64,000 nucleotides of DNA. Source: the human T2T-CHM13v2.0 reference genome, Homo sapiens. A program made the position numbers and the translations under genes. Positions 19,367 to 59,169 of this stretch are shown here, in pieces. The stretch is from the NCBI RefSeq assembly GCF_009914755.1, contig NC_060941.1; one strand, 5' to 3'. The stretch's first letter is position 1. Each line of letters begins with the position of its first letter. The notes beneath the pieces are model-generated. The model worked only from the letters and a program-made list of their open reading frames with translations, had not been told where the DNA came from and ran no database searches.

Positions 19367-20779
19367 TGGGCCCAAAATTGGTGGATTCTTGGGCTCACCG
19401 ACTTCAAGCATGAAACCGCGGACCCTCGCAATGAGTGTAGCAATTCTTAAAGGCAGCGTGTCCGGAGTTCGTTCCTTCTAATGTTTGGACGTGTTGGGAG
19501 TTTTTTTCCTTCTGGTGGGTTGGTGGTCTCGCTGGCTCAGGAGTGAAGTTACAGACCTTCGCGGTGTTACAGCTCTTAAGGCAGCGCGTCTGGAGGAGTT
19601 GTTCCTCCTGGTCTCGCGGTTCAGGAGTGAACCTGCAGACCTTCGCGGTGAGCGTTACAGCTCATAAAAGCAGTGTAGACCCAAACAGCGACCAGACTTA
19701 CTACAAACAGCACAAACAAACAAACAAAAAAAACAAAGAACAAAACAAAAAAACAACACGCACACACGTGTTCCAGCTTGTTGTTTCTGCGACCTCGGGC
19801 AGCCTGCTTTTATTCTCTTATCCGGCCCCACCCACATACTGCTGATTGGTCCATCTTACAGAGAGCTGACTGGTCCGTTTTACAGAGAGCTGATTGGTCT
19901 GTTTTCACAGGGTGCTGATTGGTGCATTTACAATCCCTGAGCTAGACACAAAAGTTCTCTATGTCCCCACTAGATTAGCTAGATACGGAGTGTGGACACA
20001 AAGGTTCTCCAAGTCCCCACCAGAGTAGCTAGATACAGAGTGGATTGGTGCATTCACAAACCCTGAGCTAGACACAGGGTGCTGATTGGTGTGTTTACAA
20101 ACCTTGAGCTAGATACAGAGTGCCGATTGGTGTATTTACAATCCCTTAGCTAGACATAAAGGTTCTCCAAGTCCCCACCAGACTCAGGAGCCCACCTGGC
20201 TTCACCCACCCGGTGGGTGGGTCCCGCAGCAGGCCGCACGTGGAGCTGCCTGCCAGTCCCGCACCATGCGCCCGCACTCCTCAGCTCTTGGGTGGTCGAT
20301 TGGACTGGGCGCCTTGGAGCAGGGGGCAGCGCTCGTCGGGGAGGCTCGGGCCGCACAGGAGCCCACGGAGCGGGGGTGGGGAGGCTCAGGCACGGCAGGC
20401 TGCAGGTCCCGAGCCCTGCCCCACGGGAAGGCAGCTAAGGCCCGGCGAGAAATTGAGCACAGAAGCTGCTGGCCCAGGTACTAAGCCCCTCACTGCCCGG
20501 GCCGGGGGCGCCGGCCAGCCGCTCCGAGTGCGGGGTCCGCCGAGCCCACGCCCACCCGGAACTCACGCTGGCCAGCAAGCACCGCGCGCAGCCCCTGTTC
20601 CCGCTCGCGCCTCTCCCTCCACACCTCCCCGCAAGCTGAGGGTGCCGGCTCCAGCCTTGGCCAGCGCAGAAAGGGGCTCCCGCAGTGCAGCGGCGGGCTG
20701 AAGGGCTTCTCAAGCAAGGCCAGAGTGGGCGCCAAGGCCGAGGAGGCGCCGAGAGCTGCCGGCACGCTGTCACCTCTCA
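19367..20779 (-). mobile_element. Solo LTR12 (LTR12C-like, ERV9/HERV9), about 1.4 kb
   Basis: Minus strand starts TGAGAGGTGACAGCGTGC; CpG-rich U3; tandem GCTGATTGGT (CCAAT) units 19841-20131; GC box and AATAAAA TATA equivalent near 19808-19834; repeated CACCGCGAAGGTCTG in U5; flanks ACGG/ACGA resemble a 4-bp TSD. Confidence 0.9.
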
Positions 20780-20847
20780 ACGAGATGTGCTGGGGGGCAG
20801 AGCTGGGGTTGTGAGACCACCAAAATGCATGCCAGTTCCTGACGCAG

Positions 20848-21666
<819 letters not shown>

Positions 21667-21860
21667 ACAGAGTCCTGAAAAAGCTCAAAAATTGAAGGCA
21701 CCAATTACCTCTGAATGCACAGACATAGAGTAAGATTGGACACAGAAAATCAGCTGAAAATAGCTAAAGGCAGCAGTTAGACCCCCAGATCTCTTTCCCC
21801 AATCTGCACAGCCAGGAAATTACCTCTGCCTAATCCTGGGGGAAATATAAGATTATTTTT

Positions 21861-26722
<4,862 letters not shown>

Positions 26723-29700
26723 GACAAATGAAAGCAGGGCTGGTTGGCAGGAACTGAACTGGTCAGAGTGTAAATGAGTGCAGGTTCTTAGTGTTCAAGA
26801 CCCAAAAGTGTGGCTTCAGCACCATGTTTCACAGGAGAGGCTGAGAAACCAAAGACATGGGAGACTTCAGGGAGTTAGATGTCCGAAAGGTGAAGAAATC
26901 TGGGGCAACACTTAGTTCAAGTGTTGGGAAACATTAGAACAGCATGAGATAAGGCAGACCAAGGGTCTTTGCAAAGGACTGAAAACGAGAAGAAACCTCT
27001 TGAGCTCTGGATCCCATGCGGGAGCATTTCCTTGACTTCGTGTGCACAAATATCTCTTTATGCCGAGTCTTTTGCCAGGAACCACATGGAGAAAAGAAGG
27101 CCTAACACACAACCCTTGTCCAGGGGGTCTACAGATAAGTTGCTATTTAGGGAAATCCACTGGGCAGTTTGTAGGGAGGTCACTCATCCAGTATTTGAAA
27201 ACAGATTTGCACTGGACCCAGACAGGTCAAAGACTAGAAGTGGAAGTGACCCAGGCCCCGGGACTGAGGATCCATGAGACCCCACAGTGACAAAGTCCTA
27301 AGAATGGCACCCTGTGGGCTCCCTAGGATCTGTGCCCTGAGAACTGCCCCTCAAAGTCTCCTTGGCTTGCAAGGGGTGAAGTGGGGGGAGGGTGTGCCAT
27401 GCTAGGGGTGCCCTACCACCCCAGCCCATTCTTTTTTGTTGCATTCAGTCAAAAGGGAGCAGGCTGCAACAGACGGTGTGAGAGGAACCCGAGCAGCTAA
27501 GCTCCCATCAGAACTCAGTTTCTCAATCTGCTCCAGCAATGCACATCCACCCCGCTGGAGAGGGAGCCTCCCCGGGTTCTTGCAGAGCTTATCCTACTGC
27601 AGGTGATGGTTTGCTTATCTCCCACGTTCAGCTCAAGGAACTGAGGAGGAACCACAATTAGACATTCGTTTGTTCATTGGTTCATTCATTCATTCGTTAC
27701 TGAGCCCCTTCTACATAACAGGAATTTGGAACTGGGGATGCAGCAACAGACAAACCAAGAATGTCTCTGCTCTAATGGTGTTTACATTCTATTGCGAGGA
27801 GACCAACTAAATATTCAAAAATATATATCATATATATCAGGTGGGGGGTGGGGGAAGCAGGAGCTAATGAGGGGAGATGGAGGCAAGAGGGGTGTTTTAG
27901 ACAGGATGGCCAGTTAAGGCTTCTGAAGAGAAAGCATCAAACCTCTGCCTCTGTTGGGGTGGCCAGGGCCCAGAAGCCTGAGATCTTGGAGCTCTGCCTC
28001 TCTGTCCCTGCAGACTGAGAAGGAACCATAGAGAGGCTGAGGAGCAGCTGCTCCCTGGCCGACAGAAACCATTCAAAGAACATACCATTCAGGAACCAAG
28101 TAGGGCAGGCGCCTGGGTTGCCACAGTCCCTGTGCTGAGGTGTGAGTGGCGGCGGAGCAGGGCCGGCACCTCACCGCACCATCTTCTCTCCTTCCTTCAC
28201 GAGGTCTTACTCTTCCCCAAATCCAATGGACATTTCTCAACAGCACGATGTTTTCTATGTTTTCTGCCTCCTGTTTGAAGTTCTTTTCTGGGACATGGCC
28301 TTCTCCAAGTCCTCTTCACGCTCCTTAAAGGGGCTCCTCTTGCCCCTAAAATGTGGTGTGATGTGGTTCCACTTAAGCCCACGTCTCTTTCCACTCCAGT
28401 CATCCTCCCTGGGTGACCTGCCCCCTCCCAAATCTTCTCCAGCCCTGAACCCTGTCCTCAACTACACACCTCACATATCCAGCTGCTTCTTACCCCAGAG
28501 GTACTGCTCATTCAAATGTTCTACATTATTGTCAGCCTGTGAATTCCCTTGGAGCAGCATCTTGGATAATATGCATTTCCCCAATGCCTGGTGCCCTGGC
28601 TTGTGCACCATAAGTATTCAATAAATGCTTGTTTAAATCTTTCTTCCTTTCCCTTTCCCAACCCCAAACTACTCCTATCTTGGCTACAGGCCCTTCATTT
28701 GGGGGATGATCTTTAGTTTCCAGCTACCTACTCTCCCAAAGCCCCGTCTCTAGGGAAGCAGAAGCAACAAGGATACTGAGTGTGACGAGAGAAGGCTAAA
28801 GGCCGGGGCTAGGCAGCCGGTTCTTTCAGGGGAAAAGCATGAAGACTGAGAGACTGTTCAGTCCTGCCAGCCTTTGGCAAGAGTACCAGAAACCGAAGCA
28901 CTCCTATGTGGCAGCCAAGCCCGGGACGACAGGCCAAAGGGCACTCTGACAGGGCAGCACCACCTCCCCATCCCTGCCCTTGGGTCCTAACCGAAGCCAG
29001 ACTGCACCAGCCTCCACGTGGACCCGTGTAAATCTCCTCTCTGCTCTCCCAGGTCCAACTCTCCTCCACAGCCTGCCAAAGCTGGTCAAAAAGAGGAGTC
29101 ACTTCCCTCAAGGATGAACTGTAAAGGAATGCCTGCCACTTAGAACACGGCCCAAGTTCCTGACCACAGCTTTCGAGGCTCTCACCACCTGACCCCCGTA
29201 AACCTGGCCAGCCACATCCTCATGCCTCCTTTCCTGCATCACCTGCTCCAGCGAACTAAAGCAGCAAGGTGCCCTGAAGGTCTCCACCCATCTCTGAACC
29301 CCCCTATTTCTGCTAAGCCATTATCTTTCTCCTGCACTTAACACAACTGAGGGGCTCAAAGACAGAGCCATAGTCTAAACCCTGTGAAATTTCACCATGC
29401 AACTTTTTGAAAATCCTTGTCAGACAATTCCAAATAGACGCTAGCCATCCAATTGTGTCCCATGCACCCGTGCAAATTTAATAAACAGATCTACACCCAA
29501 GCTACTTGCAGTGGTTTTTGGTTTTGAGAATGGGTCTCCCGGTGTTGCCCATGTTGGTCTCAAATTCCTGGGCTCAAGCGATCCTCTTGCCTCAGCCTCC
29601 CAAGGATCTGGGACTTCAAGCATGCACCACTGCACCCAAGAAACCTTCTCCAGGATAACCCTGATCTATTATCCTTTGAGTATGATTATTAACTGAAGAA

Positions 29701-30511
29701 TTTAACTATCCTAACATTCAGCCAACCCTGTCCTCGAGCACAGGGCTGTGCTTGTCATAGACTCTTGAAGAGCCTGTGGAAGTCAATATCCTGCCCGTAT
29801 TTCCCCAACTAGCAATTCCAAAACCCAGGACTAGTCTGACAGGCTCTGTTTGGAACTGCAGACCCATTCTGGCCCCTACCAATTGTTTTCTTCCCTAGAT
29901 CAAGCCAAAACACACCTGAATAACCTGCTCTTCCTCCCAGATATTGGAACATATCATGAAACCACAATAAATATGTGCACACAGGCAGATCGATGGAATA
30001 AAACACAAGGCCGAAAATAAATCCAAATACACATAGGAATTTAGAATATAATGAGAGGTGTTTCAAATCATGAAAGGGTATTTTGTTTACTAAATGACAT
30101 TAGTACAAAACTGTAAAGTTAGATTTGTACCTCATGCCTTACGCTAAGATAAACAAATTCCAAATGGATGAAAGCTTTGCATGGGAATACTAAAACCGTA
30201 AAAGCATTAGGATTGTGAAAGCATTCACGCATTGTAAGTGCTTATTAGCATCTATAAGACGTCAGGAAAAAAATGTGAGAACATTCCAATAATCTTCAAA
30301 GCCCTTTAAAAAAATACTGTCCAAAATCCAGGAGCTTTTAAAGAATAAATTCAACTAATGAAAATTAAATTTTCAGCATGGCAAAAAAACAAACCCACTA
30401 AAAGTCAAGAGAGAAAAACAAACTCCTTAAAAAAATGCAACTCTTATTACAAAGAGCCAATGTTCCTAATATACAGAGCTATGAACTGAGAAAACAAAAT
30501 CAACTTAATAG

Positions 30512-30820
<309 letters not shown>

Positions 30821-31704
30821 TAAATTAAAACACATTAATGTGCCAATTTCCATTTAACATATTGGCAAAGATCACAAAGTTAACTGTGAACACACTTTGG
30901 CAAAGGTTCGGGGAAACACCCATACTCCTGGTGGGAGCAAAAATTGATACAACATCCACGAAAGAACTCAGCATTTCTGCTTCTTGGAATTTATTCTACA
31001 AATACTCACTTATGTGAAGAATGACATGTCCACGTGGCATTTTATACAAATATATGTCTGTTTTGTGGCAGCAAGAGAGAAAGCATCAACCTAAATATTC
31101 ATCATCGGGGACTAGTTTAAAACATTATGATACAATGAGATTCTAGGCAGCTGTCAAAAGAGAATGAGGAAGCTCTGTATGAACAGAAATGGAATGATCT
31201 TCAAATTCTGCCAACTCCACCTTCAAAAATTATCTAGAATCCAACCACTTCTCCAACACCTTAGTGGAAGGTATCATCTCTTCTAGCTGAATCTGCTTCC
31301 TAGCTGGTGTCTCTACTACCCTTTCTTTTGTCTGTTCCCCAGGAGCAGTCACACGGGTTCCATTACAACATAAATTATGTGACATCAATTATCGGCTTAA
31401 ACCCCTCCAGTGGCTTCCCACCTCACCAAGTAGAAACCATAGGCCCTGCCTCACTGCCCCCCCATCCCCCAGCCATCCTCTTTCACCCTATTATTACTCT
31501 GACCTCATTCCCTTTTCCAACCTCACTGGCCTCCTTGCTTTCCTTGAACACACCAAGAATGCTCCTGCTTCAGGATCTTTGTACTTGCTGTGCCTGGGCC
31601 CCAGAACTCCACACAGCTCTCTCTCAACTCTTTAGGGTCTTTAGAGTCTTTATTCAACATCACCTTCTCAGCAAGAGCTTCCTCGACCATTGTAATTAAA
31701 ATTG

Positions 31705-31705
31705 C

Positions 31706-31742
<37 letters not shown>
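31705..31742. repeat. (CA)n microsatellite
   Basis: Direct reading. Confidence 0.95.
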
Positions 31743-31744
<2 letters not shown>

Positions 31745-32477
31745 TGTAGTAACATGGTAGACATGGGTGTTCTGGGTGTAATTCTTTCAACTTCTCCGAA
31801 TGTTCAAAAATTTTCATTATAAAATATTGAAAACAGGCTGGGCGCGGTGGCTCACACCTATAATCCCAGCACTTTGGGAGGCTGAGGCAGGCGGATCACG
31901 AGGTCAGGAGTTCAAGACCAGCCTGGCCAACATGATGAAACCTCATTTCTACTAAAAATACAAAAAGTAGCCGGGCGTGGTGGTGCATGCCCGGCTACTC
32001 AGCTACTCAGGAGGCTGAGGCAGGAGAAGTGCTTGAACCCAGGAGGCAGAGGTGCAGTGAGCCGAGATTATAACGCTGCACTCCAGCCTGGGGCAAGACT
32101 CCATCTTGAAAACTAAATAAGTTAAAATTTAAAAATTCAAAATACTGAAAACAATACACCCACACGAATCTATCCCTTTCCTTGCTTTATTTTCCCACTG
32201 TGCTCACCATCAAATATACATCTTACTTATTTGTCTACCCCCCACCCCCAAAATATCTAGAATATAGATCCCACAAGGGCAGGGCAGAGATTTCTGCATT
32301 TTGTTCACTGCTGTATCTCCAGCTTTGTAAAACAGTGCCTATCAATGACTACCAACATCAAATTTCTGGTTTTACTGTAATAATGTAAGATGTAACCACT
32401 GGAGGAAACTGGCTGAAGGACAGCTTGTCATCCCTACCCTCTCATTAGCATCTCTGCAACCTCCTGTGGACCTATAG

Positions 32478-33161
<684 letters not shown>

Positions 33162-35101
33162 TAAAGAGGACTTTTCAACAAACCTTTTGTACCTCTTGAG
33201 TTTTGAACCATGTGGATGTTTTCCCGATCCAGAACACCATTCAAATGAGAAAAAATTCTGTTCTAGCCTCTTCCCCAAAATCAATGTCAACTTCACCTAT
33301 CTAGTTTCCAGAAATCAGGTTCTTTCCCTTTCTGAAAAACCACTATTGCACTTTTCACACTACACCCTTGTCCTTGCAGTGATCCTTAAACCTTCCAGGG
33401 CCTTCTCCACCTAGAAGAAATTCCTCTTGAACTCAGAGGAGGAAAAAAAAAAAAAAAAGCTATTAAGACAGTTTAGGAATTAATAGGAAAATTTTAATAT
33501 CACAATTATCACTGGATTACTGTTATTTTTCTTAGGTTTGATAATGGTATCAGGATTGTGCAGAAAAACATTCTTATCTTAAAAGATAATTCATGTTAAA
33601 GAATCTGGGATGGGAAGGGCCACGGTGTCTACAGCTTACTTTCACGTGGTCCCATGAAAAAAGAAATGTGTATAACTACAGATGTATAGATTAGACAGAT
33701 ATATGGGTGTAATATAGATACATGTCTACATGTAGATACGCAGTTTATAGGGATAAGAGTTAACATGACTAAATGTTAATTGGCAAATCTAGGCAAAGGT
33801 TATCTATTATACTGTTGTCACTTTTCTGTTTATTTCGAAAACAAGTTGAGGGGTAACTTTTTAAAATCCTACTGAAGTTTCCAAAAATTAGCTCAAATGC
33901 CACCTCCTCAAAGGGCTCTTCAGGATACATGTTGGGAGAAATGACTCCCTCTTCTGCATTGCGAAGGCACTTTACTTACGTTCATGATTCAACTGACTGA
34001 GCAAAAAAAACCATGGGGCCCCTAGTTCAAGCCCACCAATCTTGGTACCCTCTCACAGACACATCTCTCGGTTCATCCTCACACGTCCATCCCAGCAAGG
34101 CCTAGAATAGGATTAGTGCTTAAAGAAAAGACACTGGGACAGTCAGGTGCGGTGTCTCATGCTTGTGATCCCAGCACTTTGGGAGTCCAAGGCAGGTGGA
34201 TCATGAGCTCAGGAGTTCAAGACCAGCCTGGCCAACATGGTGAAACCCCACCTCTACTAAAAATACAAAAATTAGCCAGGCAGTGGCAGGCGCCTGTAAT
34301 CCCAGCTACTCAGGAGGCTGAGGCAGAGAATTGCTTGAACCTGGGAGGCAGAGGTTGCAGTGAGCTGAGACCATGCCACTGCACTCCAGCCTGGACGACA
34401 GAGCAGGAGTCCATCTCAAAAAAAAAAAGAAAAGAAAAGACACTGGGTGGGAAATGTCCACACCTCAAGAGTGAGCAGGAAGGCCTGGGGTGAGCTTATC
34501 AAACTCCTGCCAGGGAGCTGTGAGGGGAACTGTCATTAGGAGGACTAGCCCCAAAACAGAGGTCATTCCCAACGTACCCACTACGGACACCCTTTCATCT
34601 TGGGGTAAGGTCCAAATTTCCCAGAATTCAATGACTAAACTGCTCCACACCTTTTCCTAATTTCCTAAACTTCCATAGACTGAGCAATCACTCAGCCTGC
34701 CCTTTCAGACCAAGGGGCTGAGCACGCATGCGTGTGGGCATGTGGGTGTTGACACAGGTCCACTCACTAGGATGCATTCTCCACACATTTCCCACCCCGA
34801 ATACAAACACGAAAGCAGGGCTGTGTCTCTATAACTCCTCATTCTTAACCCTACACACAATTCTGCACGTTTAGCATCCAGCCAGAATCCTACAATTCTG
34901 ACACCATCGTGCTGAGTGATGGGACAGTCCATTACACCAATGTCAGTTGTTCCTCTCTGGATCGTCAAAAAGAGGACAGCTATGGAGACATCTGGGGAAT
35001 ACTATGGACACCCTGAAAAGCCCAGCAGACACTTGAGCTTCTGGCTGGGGACCCAGGTGTGGCAAAAGGCAGAAGCAGCAGTCGCTATCTAAGGACATAA
35101 C

Positions 35102-35107
35102 TTTATT
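35102..35107 (-). terminator. PELP1 proximal polyadenylation signal AATAAA
   Basis: TTTATT on the plus strand, 30 nt past the stop codon. Confidence 0.8.
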
Positions 35108-35136
35108 GGAAACAAAGAGTGGGGTGCAGAAGATGG

Positions 35137-55146
<20,010 letters not shown>

Positions 55147-55983
55147 CTGGAGGAAAGAAAACAGGGAAGCGAGTCACAAACGGGATGTTAAAAATGCAGA
55201 AGATTCTTCAAGCCCTTCTCTGTCCCAGCACCTATGAAGCCTTTCTGAAGTCACACCTCCTCTGAGGCCAAAAGGCCATCCCACTAGAAGCCTTGAGCTT
55301 TTCCCCTTTTTTCCTGTGGGAAAGGCTGTTTCTCGGCCTTTCCTCGAGTTATATTTTGCCTGATCCTTCCCTCTATACCCCACCCAAGTAGTGCCAAACA
55401 CAGGACAGCCCAACTAATCCCACTACCAGACTTCAAAGATGGGTCTGCTTCACCTCTATATGTCTGGGCAGCACCTAATAGGAGACATCCATAAATGCTT
55501 GCTGAATGGACACTGAACTCATCCATTATCCTTCCTTCACCCTCAAACAAATCCTCCTCCCCCTATTCCTGGCTTCCTTACAGCTGTAAAAATGCCAACA
55601 CAGACCGAGTCAACAAGAATCCTCCTTCCAGTTCTCCCCTTCTCTCACATTCTGGAAGCCCACGAAAGATGTTTCCTCATCAGCCCCCCAGGTAACCTCT
55701 CCATGCCCCACATGGCCAGCCTCCTCTCACGGCACCCGCGTCTCCCTAACGGCGTGCATCGTTCCTTCTTCCAACACATACACTATGCATGAGGTTACGT
55801 GAAGGAATACAGAGCTGAATAAAATTAATAAGGTCTCTCCCTTTTGTGGAGGGAAATATTTATTCGTTAAATAAATATTTACTTGACATGGCCGGGCGCA
55901 GTGGCTCACGCCTGTAATCCCAGCATTTTGGGAGGCCAAAGCAGGCGGATCACGAGGTCAGGAGATCGAGACCATCCTGGCTA

Positions 55984-56206
<223 letters not shown>

Positions 56207-56390
56207 TCATGTGAGACCTTATTTTAGGTGCCAGGTACTTATTTTCTAGTTAAGAGGAGACAGAAAATAAACAACTGACAAAGTAAATACATAGTATATC
56301 AGAGGGTGCTAAGAACTCCAAGGAAAAATAAAGCAGAGTAAGGAAGGAAAGGAGTGCCCAGAGTAGGCAAAGGGGACAGGATTTTATTTA

Positions 56391-56567
<177 letters not shown>

Positions 56568-56570
56568 CTA

Positions 56571-56742
<172 letters not shown>

Positions 56743-57026
56743 CTAAAGGAAAGTGAGAACAAGATGTATTGATACTCTCAAATATTTACCACAAATATAA
56801 AATGGCGCAGCCACTCTGGAAAGCAATCTGGCAGTTCCTCAAAAAGTTATACATAGAGTGAACACATGACCCAGCCATTCCACCCTACGTATATACCCAA
56901 GAGAAATGAAAACCTACATCCTCACAACAACTTGTACATGGACGTTCAGAGCAGCATCATTCATAATAACCAAAATGGGAAAACAACCCAAACGTCCACC
57001 CACTGGTGAACAGATCAAATATAGTG

Positions 57027-57586
57027 CAGCAGCGCCCCCTTATCTGCAGGGGGTGCTTCCAAAACCCCAGGCAGGTGCCTGAAACCTCAGAAACTTCGGA
57101 TACTACCAAACCCTACATAAACTGTTTTTTTCCTATACATACAAGCCTATGAAAGATTTTATCAGTTAGGCACAGTAAGAGATTAACAACCACTAATAAT
57201 ACAGTACAGCAACTATAATAATATGCCAGCATCTCTACTCTTACGCTTTGGGCCATTATGAAGTAAAATAAAGGTGACTTGAACACGAGCACTGCAATAC
57301 CGCCACAGTGGATCTGATCACTGAGATGGTTACAAGATGACCCTCAGGCAAGGAGCATGTGCAACATGGATACACTGGACAAAAGGATGATTCATGTCCG
57401 ATTCACGTCCCAGGTAGGATGGAGCAGAACTCCTCGAGAGTCCATCACGCTGCTCAGAATGGCACGTAATTTAAAACTTATGAATTACTTATTTCTGGAA
57501 TTTTCCACCTAATATTTTCAGACCACGGTTGACCACAGGTAAGTAAAACCATGGAAAGGGAAAGCACAGATAAGAGGGGACTATTG
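57027..57586. mobile_element. Tigger-family DNA transposon derivative (MER44-like), inserted in an L1M 3' fragment
   Basis: Terminal inverted repeats CAGCAGCGCCCCCTTATC ... GATAAGAGGGGACTATTG; 560 bp. Confidence 0.75.
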
Positions 57587-57901
57587 CATAAAAGGCCATA
57601 AATAGGAATGAAGTTTTAGCCGGGCACAATGGCACCCGCCTGTAGTCCCAGCTACTTGGGAGGCTGAGGCATAAGAATCACTTGACTAATCCTGAGAGTT
57701 TGAATCCAGCCTAGGCAACACAAGACCCAACACAGCAAAACAGAAAAGAGTAATAAAGTCTTGACACATGGATGAACCTTGAAAACTGACTGCTAAGTGA
57801 AAGAAGCCAAACCCAAAGGCTACATATTATACAATTCATTTCTATCAAATGGCCAGAATAGGCAAATCTCTAAAGAAAAAAAGTAGATTACTGTTTGCCT
57901 A

Positions 57902-58477
<576 letters not shown>

Positions 58478-58597
58478 TCAGGAGTTCAAGACCAGCCTGG
58501 CCAACATGGTGAAACCCCGGCTCTACTAAAAATACAAAAATTAGCCAGGCGTGGTGGTGGGCGCCTGTAATCCCAGCTACTCGGGAGGCTAAGGAAG

Positions 58598-58673
58598 GAG
58601 AATCGCTTGAACCTGAGAGAATCGCTTGAACCCGGGAGAATCGCTTGAACCCGGGAGAATCGCTTGAACCCAG
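58598..58673 (+). repeat. 19-nt unit GAGAATCGCTTGAACCCGG x4 inside an Alu right arm
   Basis: Units start at 58598, 58617, 58636 and 58655. Confidence 0.95.
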
Positions 58674-58778
58674 GATGCAGAAATTGCAGTTTGCCAAGAT
58701 TGCACCACTGTACTCCAGCCTGGGTGACAATGTGAGACTCCATTTCGAAAAAAATAAAAGGCCAGGCACCGTGGCTCA

Positions 58779-59169
<391 letters not shown>

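Noticed and set aside
19841-20160. Regularly spaced ~40-bp repeats resembling a CRISPR-like array
   Set aside because: Standard LTR12 U3 CCAAT tandem repeats with no unique spacers; eukaryotic DNA with no cas genes
26969-27290. Overlapping 82-102-aa ORFs in unique intergenic DNA
   Set aside because: Non-ATG starts, no recognisable homology and no supporting splice structure
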